A model generated the notes under the pieces. That model saw only the letters and a list, made by a program, of their open reading frames with translations. It ran no database searches and was not told the DNA's origin. This document shows, piece by piece, positions 27,551-36,719 of a stretch of 59,916 nucleotides of DNA; position 1 is the first letter of the stretch, and each line of letters opens with the position of its first letter. Source of the DNA: an uncultured bacterium (GTDB taxonomy: Bacteria; Verrucomicrobiota; Kiritimatiellia; RFP12; CAIWXQ01); assembly GCA_903861045.1 (NCBI GenBank), contig CAIOST010000240.1, positions 1 to 59,916 on the forward strand. The letters run 5' to 3'. The position numbers and the translations under genes were made by a program.

Positions 27551-29335
27551 TCAAGGTGCCGTAAGAGAACGCAAATGAGTCGGCGCATGGGGGGGAGGGG
27601 CCCGCGTAACCGTGGAATAGGTCGCGCCGATGGCAGGCTTAGTACCAGACCACGGGAACCATACGCCACCACCATCGGCCCATGTTTTAGCGGCCGATAA
27701 ACTAATCTGCGTGGCAGAGTTCACGGAAGCCACGATCGCGGTCCCAGCCTCGGCCATGGCAATCACATCGCCAGGCAGAAAGACCCGGCGGGCATCAAGC
27801 CCGGACACGACGGGCACCAGATTCATAATGGTAGCGGCATTCCCCGCCCCGGCCGCCCGAAAGGGGAACGCACCGCCATTGAGGCAGGGGGAAGTGGGCT
27901 GTAGCTGAAGATTACTAAGCAACCAACTATCCTGCACGGAGACAAACAGAGGATCCGTAGAAAGACAACTGACGCCGAGCCAGCCATTGGCGCCAGATTT
28001 GATATCGGCCGCGGTATAAGCCGTAGTTTTCTGCTGGATCACCACACCACTGCGACTAGATGAAAACAGGGAGTTGATATAGTGGACCTGATACGCTAGG
28101 CCGGCGTAATCACTCTCAATGAGCACGCTATTGCCTGTATCCGCATGGCTGATGCAGTTAATGAGATACTGGTGGTAGTTTCCCGGGGGAATGGCACCGG
28201 TTACGGACGACAACTGACCATTCCACAAGAAACCGTACCCGTAATCGGCACCCTTCGCGCTGGTACAATTTATCCAGAAATTGGTGCCCCGCGTCCCTTG
28301 GTAGATGTGGAAATTGCCATCACCCCGCGCGGTAATGGTCGTTTTCCAGGCGATGCAGCCGATGAAGTACACATCATGCACCCCGGAATTGAGATCCAGA
28401 TTATCCTTGTAGTTGTTGTAGCCGATGCAATTCCGGACGGTTATGCCATACATATCATCCCGCGCTTTGTAATCACCATCCCGCGACAAATCGATACCCT
28501 GCTCCCCGTTATCATGCGTGATGCAGTTTACGATCCAGATATTCCGGCCGCCGCCGACATGAATGCCATCTGCACCGGTAGGCGCATCCGTGGCCAGGCA
28601 ATTGCGGATATAACTGTTTTCCGCATATCCCAGATAAATATTGCCAGACGTATCATCTTGCGTACGCGTGACATGCGCAAATAGGGTATCCAGCACCACG
28701 CCCCCGATGTAGGTTGGGGTGCCCTTATCCAGCGACTGCACCATTACATTGGCGCGTGATGAATTATAGATTTCCAGATTTTTAAGCTGGCTACCGTTAA
28801 AGCCTGCGTCTTTCAAGGTAATCCCGTTGAAACTCGAGTTTTTCACCAGAACACCATTCGTAACCGCACCATCGAAGACGATGCAGTCAATCGATTCGAT
28901 CGCAATCATGCCGTAATACGAAGGGATCACCACGTTGGCAGCATCCAGAACAACCTGTCCCGTGCCCCAAGACAGATCGCGTTGAATCGTGATGGGGTGC
29001 GCCGCGGTACCGTTGGCATAGAATGCGGATGATATCCAGAGCCGCCCCAAGGAAGGGGCCCCCATACGGGTCCCGCTCTTGATTTTGAAGGTCGTGCCGG
29101 CCGTCACTTTGACGGTATTCCGCACGACAACCGATGCGCCATAGCTGGAAGACTGCCAATCGGAATTCGCCACATTGCGCGTGCCCGGCAGCGTCTTCCA
29201 CGCCGTCTCCTTGGTGGTTCCAGCCGCCGCATCGTTGCCGTTGTCAAAATCCACATAATAGGTGGCAGCCATGACCGCCTGCCCTATCATGCCCAACCCT
29301 ACCATATGTATGGCCATCCATCGTGCTGTTTTCAT
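27551..29335 (-). CDS. secreted right-handed beta-helix protein (close paralog of 23201-25288, without Fn3)
   Basis: GGAGG RBS, signal peptide, long identical stretches shared with the paralog; ends PPPHAPTHLRSLTAP. Confidence 0.8.
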   Translation of the reverse strand: MKTARWMAIHMVGLGMIGQAVMAATYYVDFDNGNDAAAGTTKETAWKTLPGTRNVANSDWQSSSYGASVVVRNTVKVTAGTTFKIKSGTRMGAPSLGRLWISSAFYANGTAAHPITIQRDLSWGTGQVVLDAANVVIPSYYGMIAIESIDCIVFDGAVTNGVLVKNSSFNGITLKDAGFNGSQLKNLEIYNSSRANVMVQSLDKGTPTYIGGVVLDTLFAHVTRTQDDTSGNIYLGYAENSYIRNCLATDAPTGADGIHVGGGRNIWIVNCITHDNGEQGIDLSRDGDYKARDDMYGITVRNCIGYNNYKDNLDLNSGVHDVYFIGCIAWKTTITARGDGNFHIYQGTRGTNFWINCTSAKGADYGYGFLWNGQLSSVTGAIPPGNYHQYLINCISHADTGNSVLIESDYAGLAYQVHYINSLFSSSRSGVVIQQKTTAYTAADIKSGANGWLGVSCLSTDPLFVSVQDSWLLSNLQLQPTSPCLNGGAFPFRAAGAGNAATIMNLVPVVSGLDARRVFLPGDVIAMAEAGTAIVASVNSATQISLSAAKTWADGGGVWFPWSGTKPAIGATYSTVTRAPPPHAPTHLRSLTAP

Positions 29336-29357
29336 CGTTGCCTCCCTTACCTTGCGG

Positions 29358-31010
29358 TTATCTACAAAACATACCCTGAACGAACTGCCTGACCCTTGCC
29401 TGAAACAAGCCGATACGGCCCACACGATACGGCCATAGCGCCAACAGAAAGCGGACTTCGGCCGGAAAAACGAGCATACCCACCGAAAAATACGATACCG
29501 TTACCAGCGGCGTGAGCACCAGCACCCTGACTAAAGGCGAAAGATGTGCCAGAAACGATTGCCGGATGAGCCAAAACAGCATCGTCACACCAGCGGCGAC
29601 CGCCACCTGTCGCACGAACTTGCCAGCCAACTCGGCCACCGGTAGCGGCACATACTTGTGATTTAGCACCACCAGAAAGACCAAGATCGTGATGAGGTTG
29701 GAGCACGAATAGGCCAGCGCCAAACCCAGAAATGACAGGGCACCTAGCAGCGGCACAGACAGCGCAATCTGAAGCAAGGCCCCGCCCACGCCAATCAGAA
29801 CACAGGTCACGCTATCCTTGTAGGCATAAAAGATCGGCGTGACCACACTACCCACCAGACCCGCATACAATACGCCCGCATAGCACAACATCGCCAGCCA
29901 GGTCTGGCGGACCGCCACCTCGTCGAAGCTACCCCTCTGAAATAAAAGAGTCAAGGCATCCGCCCCAGCCAACACGAAGAGCGCCAAAACCAGCAGCGCA
30001 AGCGATGACAGCATGGCATAGGCGGAAGAAAAAGTGGCGACCAGTCCGGCGTAGTTCCGACTGTTGACAAGATCCGCATAGTAAGCCAGGGAAACCACCG
30101 GCAAACCGGCGGCCAGCAACCCCGTCGTGGTCATCACGAGTTTCGCGGCATAGCCGAGATACGAAATACCACCTGCCGGCAGATCCGATGCCAAATAGCG
30201 TTGAATAAGGCTGTCCGCACGATAAAAGACCGCGCCGATCAATAATGGCAGCATCAGTTTTAAGACACGGCCTGTCATGGCATCGTGCAGGTCGATGCGC
30301 ATTCGCAGGCGGGTGTGACGAAGAATATGCGGCACCAACAGCAGCAGGTTGGCCGCACTGCCGGCAAGCGTCGACCAGGCCACCACCGTAATCCCATAGC
30401 CACCCGCCAGAGCCCACACCGCCAGGCAAATCACAGCACTATTCAACAAGGCCGCCAAGGCCGGCACCAGGAACATTTTTTCTGCATATAGGATGGTGCC
30501 CAGGAGCGCGGCGGTCCCCGCGATGGGGATACTCCAAGACTGGATCCTTAAGAGCTGCCAGGCCTTCGCGTGCGCCTCCGCGGAGAGTCCGGGCGCCATC
30601 CAGCCCACCAACTGCGAGGACCAAAGCGAAAGCAACGCCGCCACCCCCAGCAGGCCTAGCATGGACAGGTAGAGCAGATTACCGGCAATGATCCACGCCT
30701 TATGCCCCTCTCCTTGCGATCGTGACTCCATAAAGACGGGCATAAAGGCATACGTCACCGCGCCCGAGAAGACCGACAGAACCAGGAGCGGCAGCGTGGA
30801 CGCCACGAGAAAACAATCCATATCTCGGCCAGCGCCAAACAGCAGGGCCAGCAGCGCCTGTGTCAGGAACCCAAATACGGCCCCGACCGCACTGATGAGC
30901 GCGATGGCCCCCGCCGAACGCCCAATCTGCGTCGAACAAACCCCTTTGACACCGCCAGCCGAATGGGACTGGGCTGGAGTAGCGACTTGGCTGTGCCTAT
31001 TACCCTGCAT
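29358..31010 (-). CDS. MurJ/MviN-like (MOP superfamily) flippase
   Basis: FGAGRDMDCF..A..LP, AFMPVF, LASDLPAGGISYLGYA.KL, LFQRGSFD, GLALAYS. Confidence 0.8.
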   Translation of the reverse strand: MQGNRHSQVATPAQSHSAGGVKGVCSTQIGRSAGAIALISAVGAVFGFLTQALLALLFGAGRDMDCFLVASTLPLLVLSVFSGAVTYAFMPVFMESRSQGEGHKAWIIAGNLLYLSMLGLLGVAALLSLWSSQLVGWMAPGLSAEAHAKAWQLLRIQSWSIPIAGTAALLGTILYAEKMFLVPALAALLNSAVICLAVWALAGGYGITVVAWSTLAGSAANLLLLVPHILRHTRLRMRIDLHDAMTGRVLKLMLPLLIGAVFYRADSLIQRYLASDLPAGGISYLGYAAKLVMTTTGLLAAGLPVVSLAYYADLVNSRNYAGLVATFSSAYAMLSSLALLVLALFVLAGADALTLLFQRGSFDEVAVRQTWLAMLCYAGVLYAGLVGSVVTPIFYAYKDSVTCVLIGVGGALLQIALSVPLLGALSFLGLALAYSCSNLITILVFLVVLNHKYVPLPVAELAGKFVRQVAVAAGVTMLFWLIRQSFLAHLSPLVRVLVLTPLVTVSYFSVGMLVFPAEVRFLLALWPYRVGRIGLFQARVRQFVQGMFCR

Positions 31011-32316
31011 GGGCGGCCCCCCGCAGAAAGGTCACGATCGCCAACAAAATGAAGAACAAAGAGCGCAAGGACGTAATCGACCAGCCTGTATCAGAGAAAT
31101 TCTGCAGCACCATGGCGACCAGCGCCGCACCCAGGCCGACCCCCAAGCTGGTGAATTTTGGAGAAGTGGGCTGCAACCGGAAAAGGCAGCAGTAGGCCGG
31201 TCGCACCATGAGCACGGTGATCGCAATGATCCCAAGCAGTCCCATTTCAGCAAATACCAGCAAGAACAAATTATGTACGCGATAGATGAAGTTCCACTCA
31301 TAATCGGCTGGCATATATTCATACATGGCAAAGCGGTAGTTATTGATTCCGACACCTGTCAGATAGTTATTACTGATGATTTCCCAGGCGTGTTTTGCCA
31401 GCCAATAGCGATCCTCCGTGGCGCCCCCGTCATCGCCAAAAACACGCATCCTGACCAGCGGGCAGGCCAGGGCCAAGCCGCCCACCACCAGCAGCAACAT
31501 GACCTTTTGCGACAGGCGGCAGGCGTGCCGGATCTGCGGATGAAAGGACAAGATAAAGAACCCGGCCAGAAAAGCCAGCCACCCGGAACGCGACAACGAA
31601 CACAGTAGCCCCACACCGCCCACGGCCAACCCCACCCGATACCATCGCCGCATCCCCCCCTCGACAAAAGTTACGAAACTTACCAGCACCAGCATGACTG
31701 GCACCAGATATCCGGCATAGCTGTTGGGCTGTCCCAAGGTACCCTCACTACGCATCAAAGTGCCAAAAAACGTCCGCCACCCGCCGGCTCCACCGGTACG
31801 CAAGATCGTGTAATAGTCCTGACACAAGAACTGAATGATTCCTAACCCCCCTTGCAAGATCAAAGAGAGCCACAACAGGCGCATCAGGGCATCGAGCGCC
31901 GTCTCATCGCGCAGAAAACGCAGCGTCGTATAGCCATACAACACGCAATCCTTGACGATCTCGATGGTGGCCGCAACCGCGTAATTCCGGTGCGAAGCAA
32001 ACACCACCGACACGCACGCCGCCACCACAAAACATTGAAACGCCCGGAAGCCAAACAACTCGCTAAAACGCACCCCCCCGGCGCGAGCCCTGTCGCTCAA
32101 AAGAAACAACGCCATAAAGACATCGCTAAGCCGCAGCAGCACCCCAGGCGTCCAGCCGCGGAACTGTTCCACGCTGACAAAATGCAAGACACTGAAGTCG
32201 TAAGAGATCGGCAGGGCCACCACCCCCCAGGCAAAAAACCAATGATTTACTGACATCCGCCGGCAGAGCAGGAAGGTCAAGATCACCAGGGTCAGGATAG
32301 CAACATGATTCATCAT
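31000..32316 (-). CDS. O-antigen ligase / Wzy family membrane protein
   Basis: R.EGTLGQPNSYA, SLSRSGW, GVGINNY, VHNLFLLVFAEMGLLG. Confidence 0.85.
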   Translation of the reverse strand: MMNHVAILTLVILTFLLCRRMSVNHWFFAWGVVALPISYDFSVLHFVSVEQFRGWTPGVLLRLSDVFMALFLLSDRARAGGVRFSELFGFRAFQCFVVAACVSVVFASHRNYAVAATIEIVKDCVLYGYTTLRFLRDETALDALMRLLWLSLILQGGLGIIQFLCQDYYTILRTGGAGGWRTFFGTLMRSEGTLGQPNSYAGYLVPVMLVLVSFVTFVEGGMRRWYRVGLAVGGVGLLCSLSRSGWLAFLAGFFILSFHPQIRHACRLSQKVMLLLVVGGLALACPLVRMRVFGDDGGATEDRYWLAKHAWEIISNNYLTGVGINNYRFAMYEYMPADYEWNFIYRVHNLFLLVFAEMGLLGIIAITVLMVRPAYCCLFRLQPTSPKFTSLGVGLGAALVAMVLQNFSDTGWSITSLRSLFFILLAIVTFLRGAAHAG

Positions 32317-33347
32317 GATGGCAGGTATTCACGGATCAGCTTCACCCAGGCTTGCGAATTGATGGCTATGTCGAATTTTTGTGCAGCCGTTCGCCGCCCC
32401 TCCTCACCGAACCGTTGCCGCAGTCCCGCATCCTCAATCAGCCGACTTAGCTTGTCATACCATTCCCGAGAATCACCGGCCAAGAAACCGTTTTCCCCAT
32501 CCCGGATGACTTCCGCATTAAATCCCAGCCGCGCGCTGACGGTCGGCTGCCCGGCCGCCAAATACTGGATGAGCTTAAAGCTGCACTTGCCCAGCGAAAA
32601 CGGGCTTTCCGGCAGCGGCACAATCCCGACGTCAAAATCAGCCAGCGCCGCAATCTCATTTTCCTGAGTCAGCGGGATTTGCCGATAAGGCAAGTCCAGC
32701 CGCGGCACGACGCCGTTTGTCATGAACACGAATTCCACCGCCTCGCCGTAGCGCCGCGCGATCTGCTGCAAGGCATCTTTAACCAGGGCAAGATGCGGCA
32801 CGGTAAAAGGGGAACCATGCCAACCCACGATCACGGGACGTCGCGGACCATGCTGTTTCGGCCGGTAATCAGACAGCTTTACACTCATCGGGAACACACA
32901 GACACGCGCACCATGTTTCCTTGCGAATTGCGCCAAATAGTCATTGGCCACGATCGTGAGATCAGAACGACGGATCATCTCACCCACCTGAACCTCGCTG
33001 GATTTTCGCGAGAGCGAAAAGCAGTACACCGCTCGCTTGCCGGACTCGGGCGCGGCAAAAATGGCGTCATCAAAATCGTAAACGATCTTACAGCCGCAGC
33101 GCTGTAAGTAAGCCCAGAGCGTCGGCCAGAGAATGTCCTTTTGCACAAAGATGACCCGGCTTTTCCGTCCCCACGTGAGGACCCGGAAGATAAAAGGCAC
33201 CCACTGATACGCATGGCGAATAAAGCGGGCCGGCGGGTGAACAACCTGATACGAAACACCCGCTAGGTCCAGATACGGCAGATAGTCCATGACCCTGACC
33301 TTGCGGCTATAGCCAAAAGCCCGCGGCACAAAGAGAATGTCATGCAT
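32313..33347 (-). CDS. glycosyltransferase family 4
   Basis: YDFDDAIF, VGWHGS, DVGIVPL, GKCSFKLIQYLAAG, GENGFL. Confidence 0.88.
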   Translation of the reverse strand: MHDILFVPRAFGYSRKVRVMDYLPYLDLAGVSYQVVHPPARFIRHAYQWVPFIFRVLTWGRKSRVIFVQKDILWPTLWAYLQRCGCKIVYDFDDAIFAAPESGKRAVYCFSLSRKSSEVQVGEMIRRSDLTIVANDYLAQFARKHGARVCVFPMSVKLSDYRPKQHGPRRPVIVGWHGSPFTVPHLALVKDALQQIARRYGEAVEFVFMTNGVVPRLDLPYRQIPLTQENEIAALADFDVGIVPLPESPFSLGKCSFKLIQYLAAGQPTVSARLGFNAEVIRDGENGFLAGDSREWYDKLSRLIEDAGLRQRFGEEGRRTAAQKFDIAINSQAWVKLIREYLPS

Positions 33348-33353
33348 AGTGCT

Positions 33354-34640
33354 TTACTCGCCGGTGCGGCCAAATTGGCGCCTGGAACCTGAGGGCTTGA
33401 CACCGCAAGCCCGGTCGAAGAGCGCCAGCAAAGGCGCAATCGTTTGCTGGCTGTCGAAATAGTGCTCGACCCTGTGACGAGCGGCCCGGCCCATAGTATC
33501 GCGCAGATCGGCGTTCTCCATCAGGCAACGCGTCCGGTCGGCCACCAAGGCAGCATTGCGCTGCGGCACAATGAAGCCTGTCACGCCATCCATAACCGCC
33601 TCCGGGATGGCGCCCGCCGTGGTACCAATCACCGGCAGCCCGGTCGCCATGGCCTCCACGATGACATTGGGAATCCCGTCATAGCGGCCATCATCGGTCG
33701 CGAGACTTGGCAGCACAAAAAGGGAAGCCTCATGATAATAATCCAGCAACCGCTCCTGAGGTACGGCGCCAACCAGCGCGACACGTTGTTCCAAGCCGCA
33801 TTGGCGCACCAGCGCTTCCAGTCGTCCGCGCTGATCCCCCTCGCCCACCACGGTGCACCGGAATGCCAGGCCGGCTTGCTGGAGCAAATGACAAGCTTCC
33901 AGCAGATAATGAAACCCCTTCATTTCGTCGAGTCGTCCCACCGCCAGCAGGCGGCAGGCCTCGCGCCGCCCCGCCGGCGGGGGCTGGAAACGCCGCACAT
34001 CAATCCCGTGATAGACGATATGCACCTTTTCCGCGTGACAGGGCGCCCCCTGCTTGACGAGTTCGCGACTGGCCAGCGCGGAACAGCAGGCCACAAACCG
34101 CGTCTCGGCCAGTTTTTGAGGAAGCAGGATGCGATCACTCCAGATATCATGGGCATGCGCGGAAAAGCTGTACGGGATGCCAGTCAGCAGGCTTACCACC
34201 CGCGCCACGGAAGCTGGTTGCGACGCATAGTGCGCATGCAGGTGCGTCACGTGGTCGGCTTCTACGCGACGCGCCAAGACCACCCCTTCCACGAAATGCA
34301 ACAGGCTGCGATAGCGGTGCTTGCTTGTGTGATGGCGGGGGAGGATCATCTTGAACAAGCTGCGAAAATATCGCACCGGCGCAACGCACAGATAATAAAT
34401 ATGCGCTTCCAACAAGCGTGTAACCGGCACGGGCAGCAAATAGAAGGTGCGATCACGCAAATGCAATGACTCTGCGGATAGCACGCCGTCTTCCGGGTGC
34501 CGGAGCGAATAGAGCACCAGCTCGTACCCCCTACGATCCATTTCCAAAATCTCCCGATAGATAAAGGTCGCCGAGAGCTTCGGAATGACACTACTCACGT
34601 AGGCCAGCCGGGACCGCTTGTTGGCAGGGGGTAGGTTCAT
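33354..34640 (-). CDS. glycosyltransferase family 4 (WcaL-like)
   Basis: LSATFIYREI, HLHAHYA, SFSAHAHDI, VGRLDEMKG, DGIPNVIVEAMATG. Confidence 0.88.
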   Translation of the reverse strand: MNLPPANKRSRLAYVSSVIPKLSATFIYREILEMDRRGYELVLYSLRHPEDGVLSAESLHLRDRTFYLLPVPVTRLLEAHIYYLCVAPVRYFRSLFKMILPRHHTSKHRYRSLLHFVEGVVLARRVEADHVTHLHAHYASQPASVARVVSLLTGIPYSFSAHAHDIWSDRILLPQKLAETRFVACCSALASRELVKQGAPCHAEKVHIVYHGIDVRRFQPPPAGRREACRLLAVGRLDEMKGFHYLLEACHLLQQAGLAFRCTVVGEGDQRGRLEALVRQCGLEQRVALVGAVPQERLLDYYHEASLFVLPSLATDDGRYDGIPNVIVEAMATGLPVIGTTAGAIPEAVMDGVTGFIVPQRNAALVADRTRCLMENADLRDTMGRAARHRVEHYFDSQQTIAPLLALFDRACGVKPSGSRRQFGRTGE

Positions 34641-34643
34641 ACG

Positions 34644-35747
34644 TCACCGGTCGAAGGTTTGTTCACAGAGAATCTGCGTGGCGCGCAACACAGCGCCTTG
34701 CGGAGATGCAGGCTCGTCGAATTGATCTAGAAATTGGCGCAGGGCCGCGCTTTTAGCCATCCACAGCTTCTGTCGTTCTTCATAAACCTGCGACACCGCT
34801 GCCGCATAAACCGCCCGCTGGGAGACCACCTGCGAGACCGCCTGCGCAATGCCCTCCGGCGTGTTCTTGGCATACGCGGCGGCCCCCTTGTACGTTGCGC
34901 GGAGCACTTGCCAATCTGATAGTACCATCGGTTTACGCAGAGCCAACGCCTCGTAGGCGGCATTCTGCATCGTGTGATCGCGTGTCGTCAGGGCCATCAC
35001 GGCGTCGGCTCGCTGTAAAACGGCAAGATACTCTGATTTCTCCAGGAAACCGGTGAACTGCACATTCGCGGCAACTTTTACCCCGCGGAGCCGCGTATCT
35101 TTTAGATGGTTCCCGGTTATGAGAAACTGCACGGATGGGGTTATGGCGGCGGCCGCAAGAATCTCGCCAATCGGTTCATCGAGCGCAAAAGAACAGGCCA
35201 CCACCACGGTAAAGCAACCTGCCCTGCCGTGGTCGGCCAAGGTCGGAACCGGGGGCATGAGGTCACCCAGAATAAAGGGTCTGGCGCCCCATTGCCGGTA
35301 CACGGCGGCATGCACGGAATTCGTCACCATGACCATACAGGCACGCTTGGCCACAAACCGGTGTAACCCGGCCACGAAACGCCATTTCCTGTCGAAGACG
35401 CCGGAATGGCAGTCCATAATGAAACTCGCGCCCGTCGCCGCCGTATACAGCCACACCGTGAGCGGCGCGAAGATCGGTGGACTGGTGACAAAGACAACCG
35501 CCGGGCGGTGCCGCCAGAGCAGCAACCAGGTGGAAAGCATCTGCACCACATAGCGGACAGGCGCGGTTATGACGGAGTAGTTACGGCCGAAATGAATGTA
35601 ATGGGACGAGGCCCCAATCGCCGCGGCAATGACATCGTTACGAGTGTCATGCGGAAACCATTTGATAAATAGGCGATGCGCGCGACGCCCGGCCAAAACC
35701 GTGCGCGCAGCGCCAGTACGTACGAGCGGCTTGGCTATCTTTTGCAT
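34644..35747 (-). CDS. glycosyltransferase (GT-B, family 4-like)
   Basis: VTSPPIF, DCHSG, SFALDEP, FTGFL, AYEALAL.KP. Confidence 0.78.
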   Translation of the reverse strand: MQKIAKPLVRTGAARTVLAGRRAHRLFIKWFPHDTRNDVIAAAIGASSHYIHFGRNYSVITAPVRYVVQMLSTWLLLWRHRPAVVFVTSPPIFAPLTVWLYTAATGASFIMDCHSGVFDRKWRFVAGLHRFVAKRACMVMVTNSVHAAVYRQWGARPFILGDLMPPVPTLADHGRAGCFTVVVACSFALDEPIGEILAAAAITPSVQFLITGNHLKDTRLRGVKVAANVQFTGFLEKSEYLAVLQRADAVMALTTRDHTMQNAAYEALALRKPMVLSDWQVLRATYKGAAAYAKNTPEGIAQAVSQVVSQRAVYAAAVSQVYEERQKLWMAKSAALRQFLDQFDEPASPQGAVLRATQILCEQTFDR

Positions 35748-35855
35748 AGATCCTTCTCGATGAATTAGCCCGCCCCCGCTGGGCTGTCTATCCGTTCACA
35801 AAAGTGCAGCTTCCAGGTTCGGTTATCCCGGCGACGCCACGCCGTCACCGGGTGG

Positions 35856-36719
35856 TTACGGGTGCAGGTGTGGACGGCGGCACTGTTTTAACACTCCCTG
35901 CGCCCGGCCCAGCCAGTCGTAATCACCCGCTAGCTTGGCCGTGAACAGTTCATGGTCGTCGCAGGCGTTCACCGGTAGGCGTTTCAGTCGGAAGGGCTGA
36001 ACCCCAGGATGGTTGCGGCCTACTTCGGTCGTCACTTGGCACCCATAAGCGGCTTCGCCGAGCAAAATGCTCAGCTCGTTGACAAACAAAGGGTCGCCGC
36101 TGGGAAAGGCATACGGATAAGAAAAGGAGAACACCTCGTTGCCTAGCTCCTGTTCGATCATGCTTTTCGAGGTCAGCAGTTCCGCACGTATTTGAGACCG
36201 GTCGAGGTCATGCAATTGGGGGTGGTTGACGGTGTGGGAGCCGAACTCGATGCCGCCCTTGTGTAACTCGCGGATATCGCACCATGTCAGGCACTCCTTT
36301 TGCTTAAAGAGGCGGGGCTGGTTTCCGACGAAGGCGGTTGCCAGGAATACGGTCGCGCCGAAGCCGTGCTGAGATAGGATGGGGAAGGCCGCTGTCATGA
36401 AATCACCAAAACCGTCATCAAAAGTGAGCACCACCTGCCTGGCTCCGGGGGTGCCGGCGCGCGTGTGGTTGGCAAGCCCCTCGCGGAGGGTCACGCCCCG
36501 GATGTTATTTTCCCGCAACCACTGCATATGCTGGGCAAAGACAGCCGGGTGGGTACGGACCCGGTAGTAGGGCGGCACATGGTCCTCGTTACCGTCCGAA
36601 ACGCTATGATACATAAGTATGGTCAATGCGTGGTTTCCCGGTCGCGACAGGAAGATCCGTCGCACCGACCTGACCAACCCCACGGTTATGGCACGATCAT
36701 AGCGCACAGGACCATTCAT
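35856..36719 (-). CDS. polysaccharide deacetylase (CE4)
   Basis: ILMYHSV, LTFDDG, GSHTVNH, FSYPY. Confidence 0.88.
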   Translation of the reverse strand: MNGPVRYDRAITVGLVRSVRRIFLSRPGNHALTILMYHSVSDGNEDHVPPYYRVRTHPAVFAQHMQWLRENNIRGVTLREGLANHTRAGTPGARQVVLTFDDGFGDFMTAAFPILSQHGFGATVFLATAFVGNQPRLFKQKECLTWCDIRELHKGGIEFGSHTVNHPQLHDLDRSQIRAELLTSKSMIEQELGNEVFSFSYPYAFPSGDPLFVNELSILLGEAAYGCQVTTEVGRNHPGVQPFRLKRLPVNACDDHELFTAKLAGDYDWLGRAQGVLKQCRRPHLHP

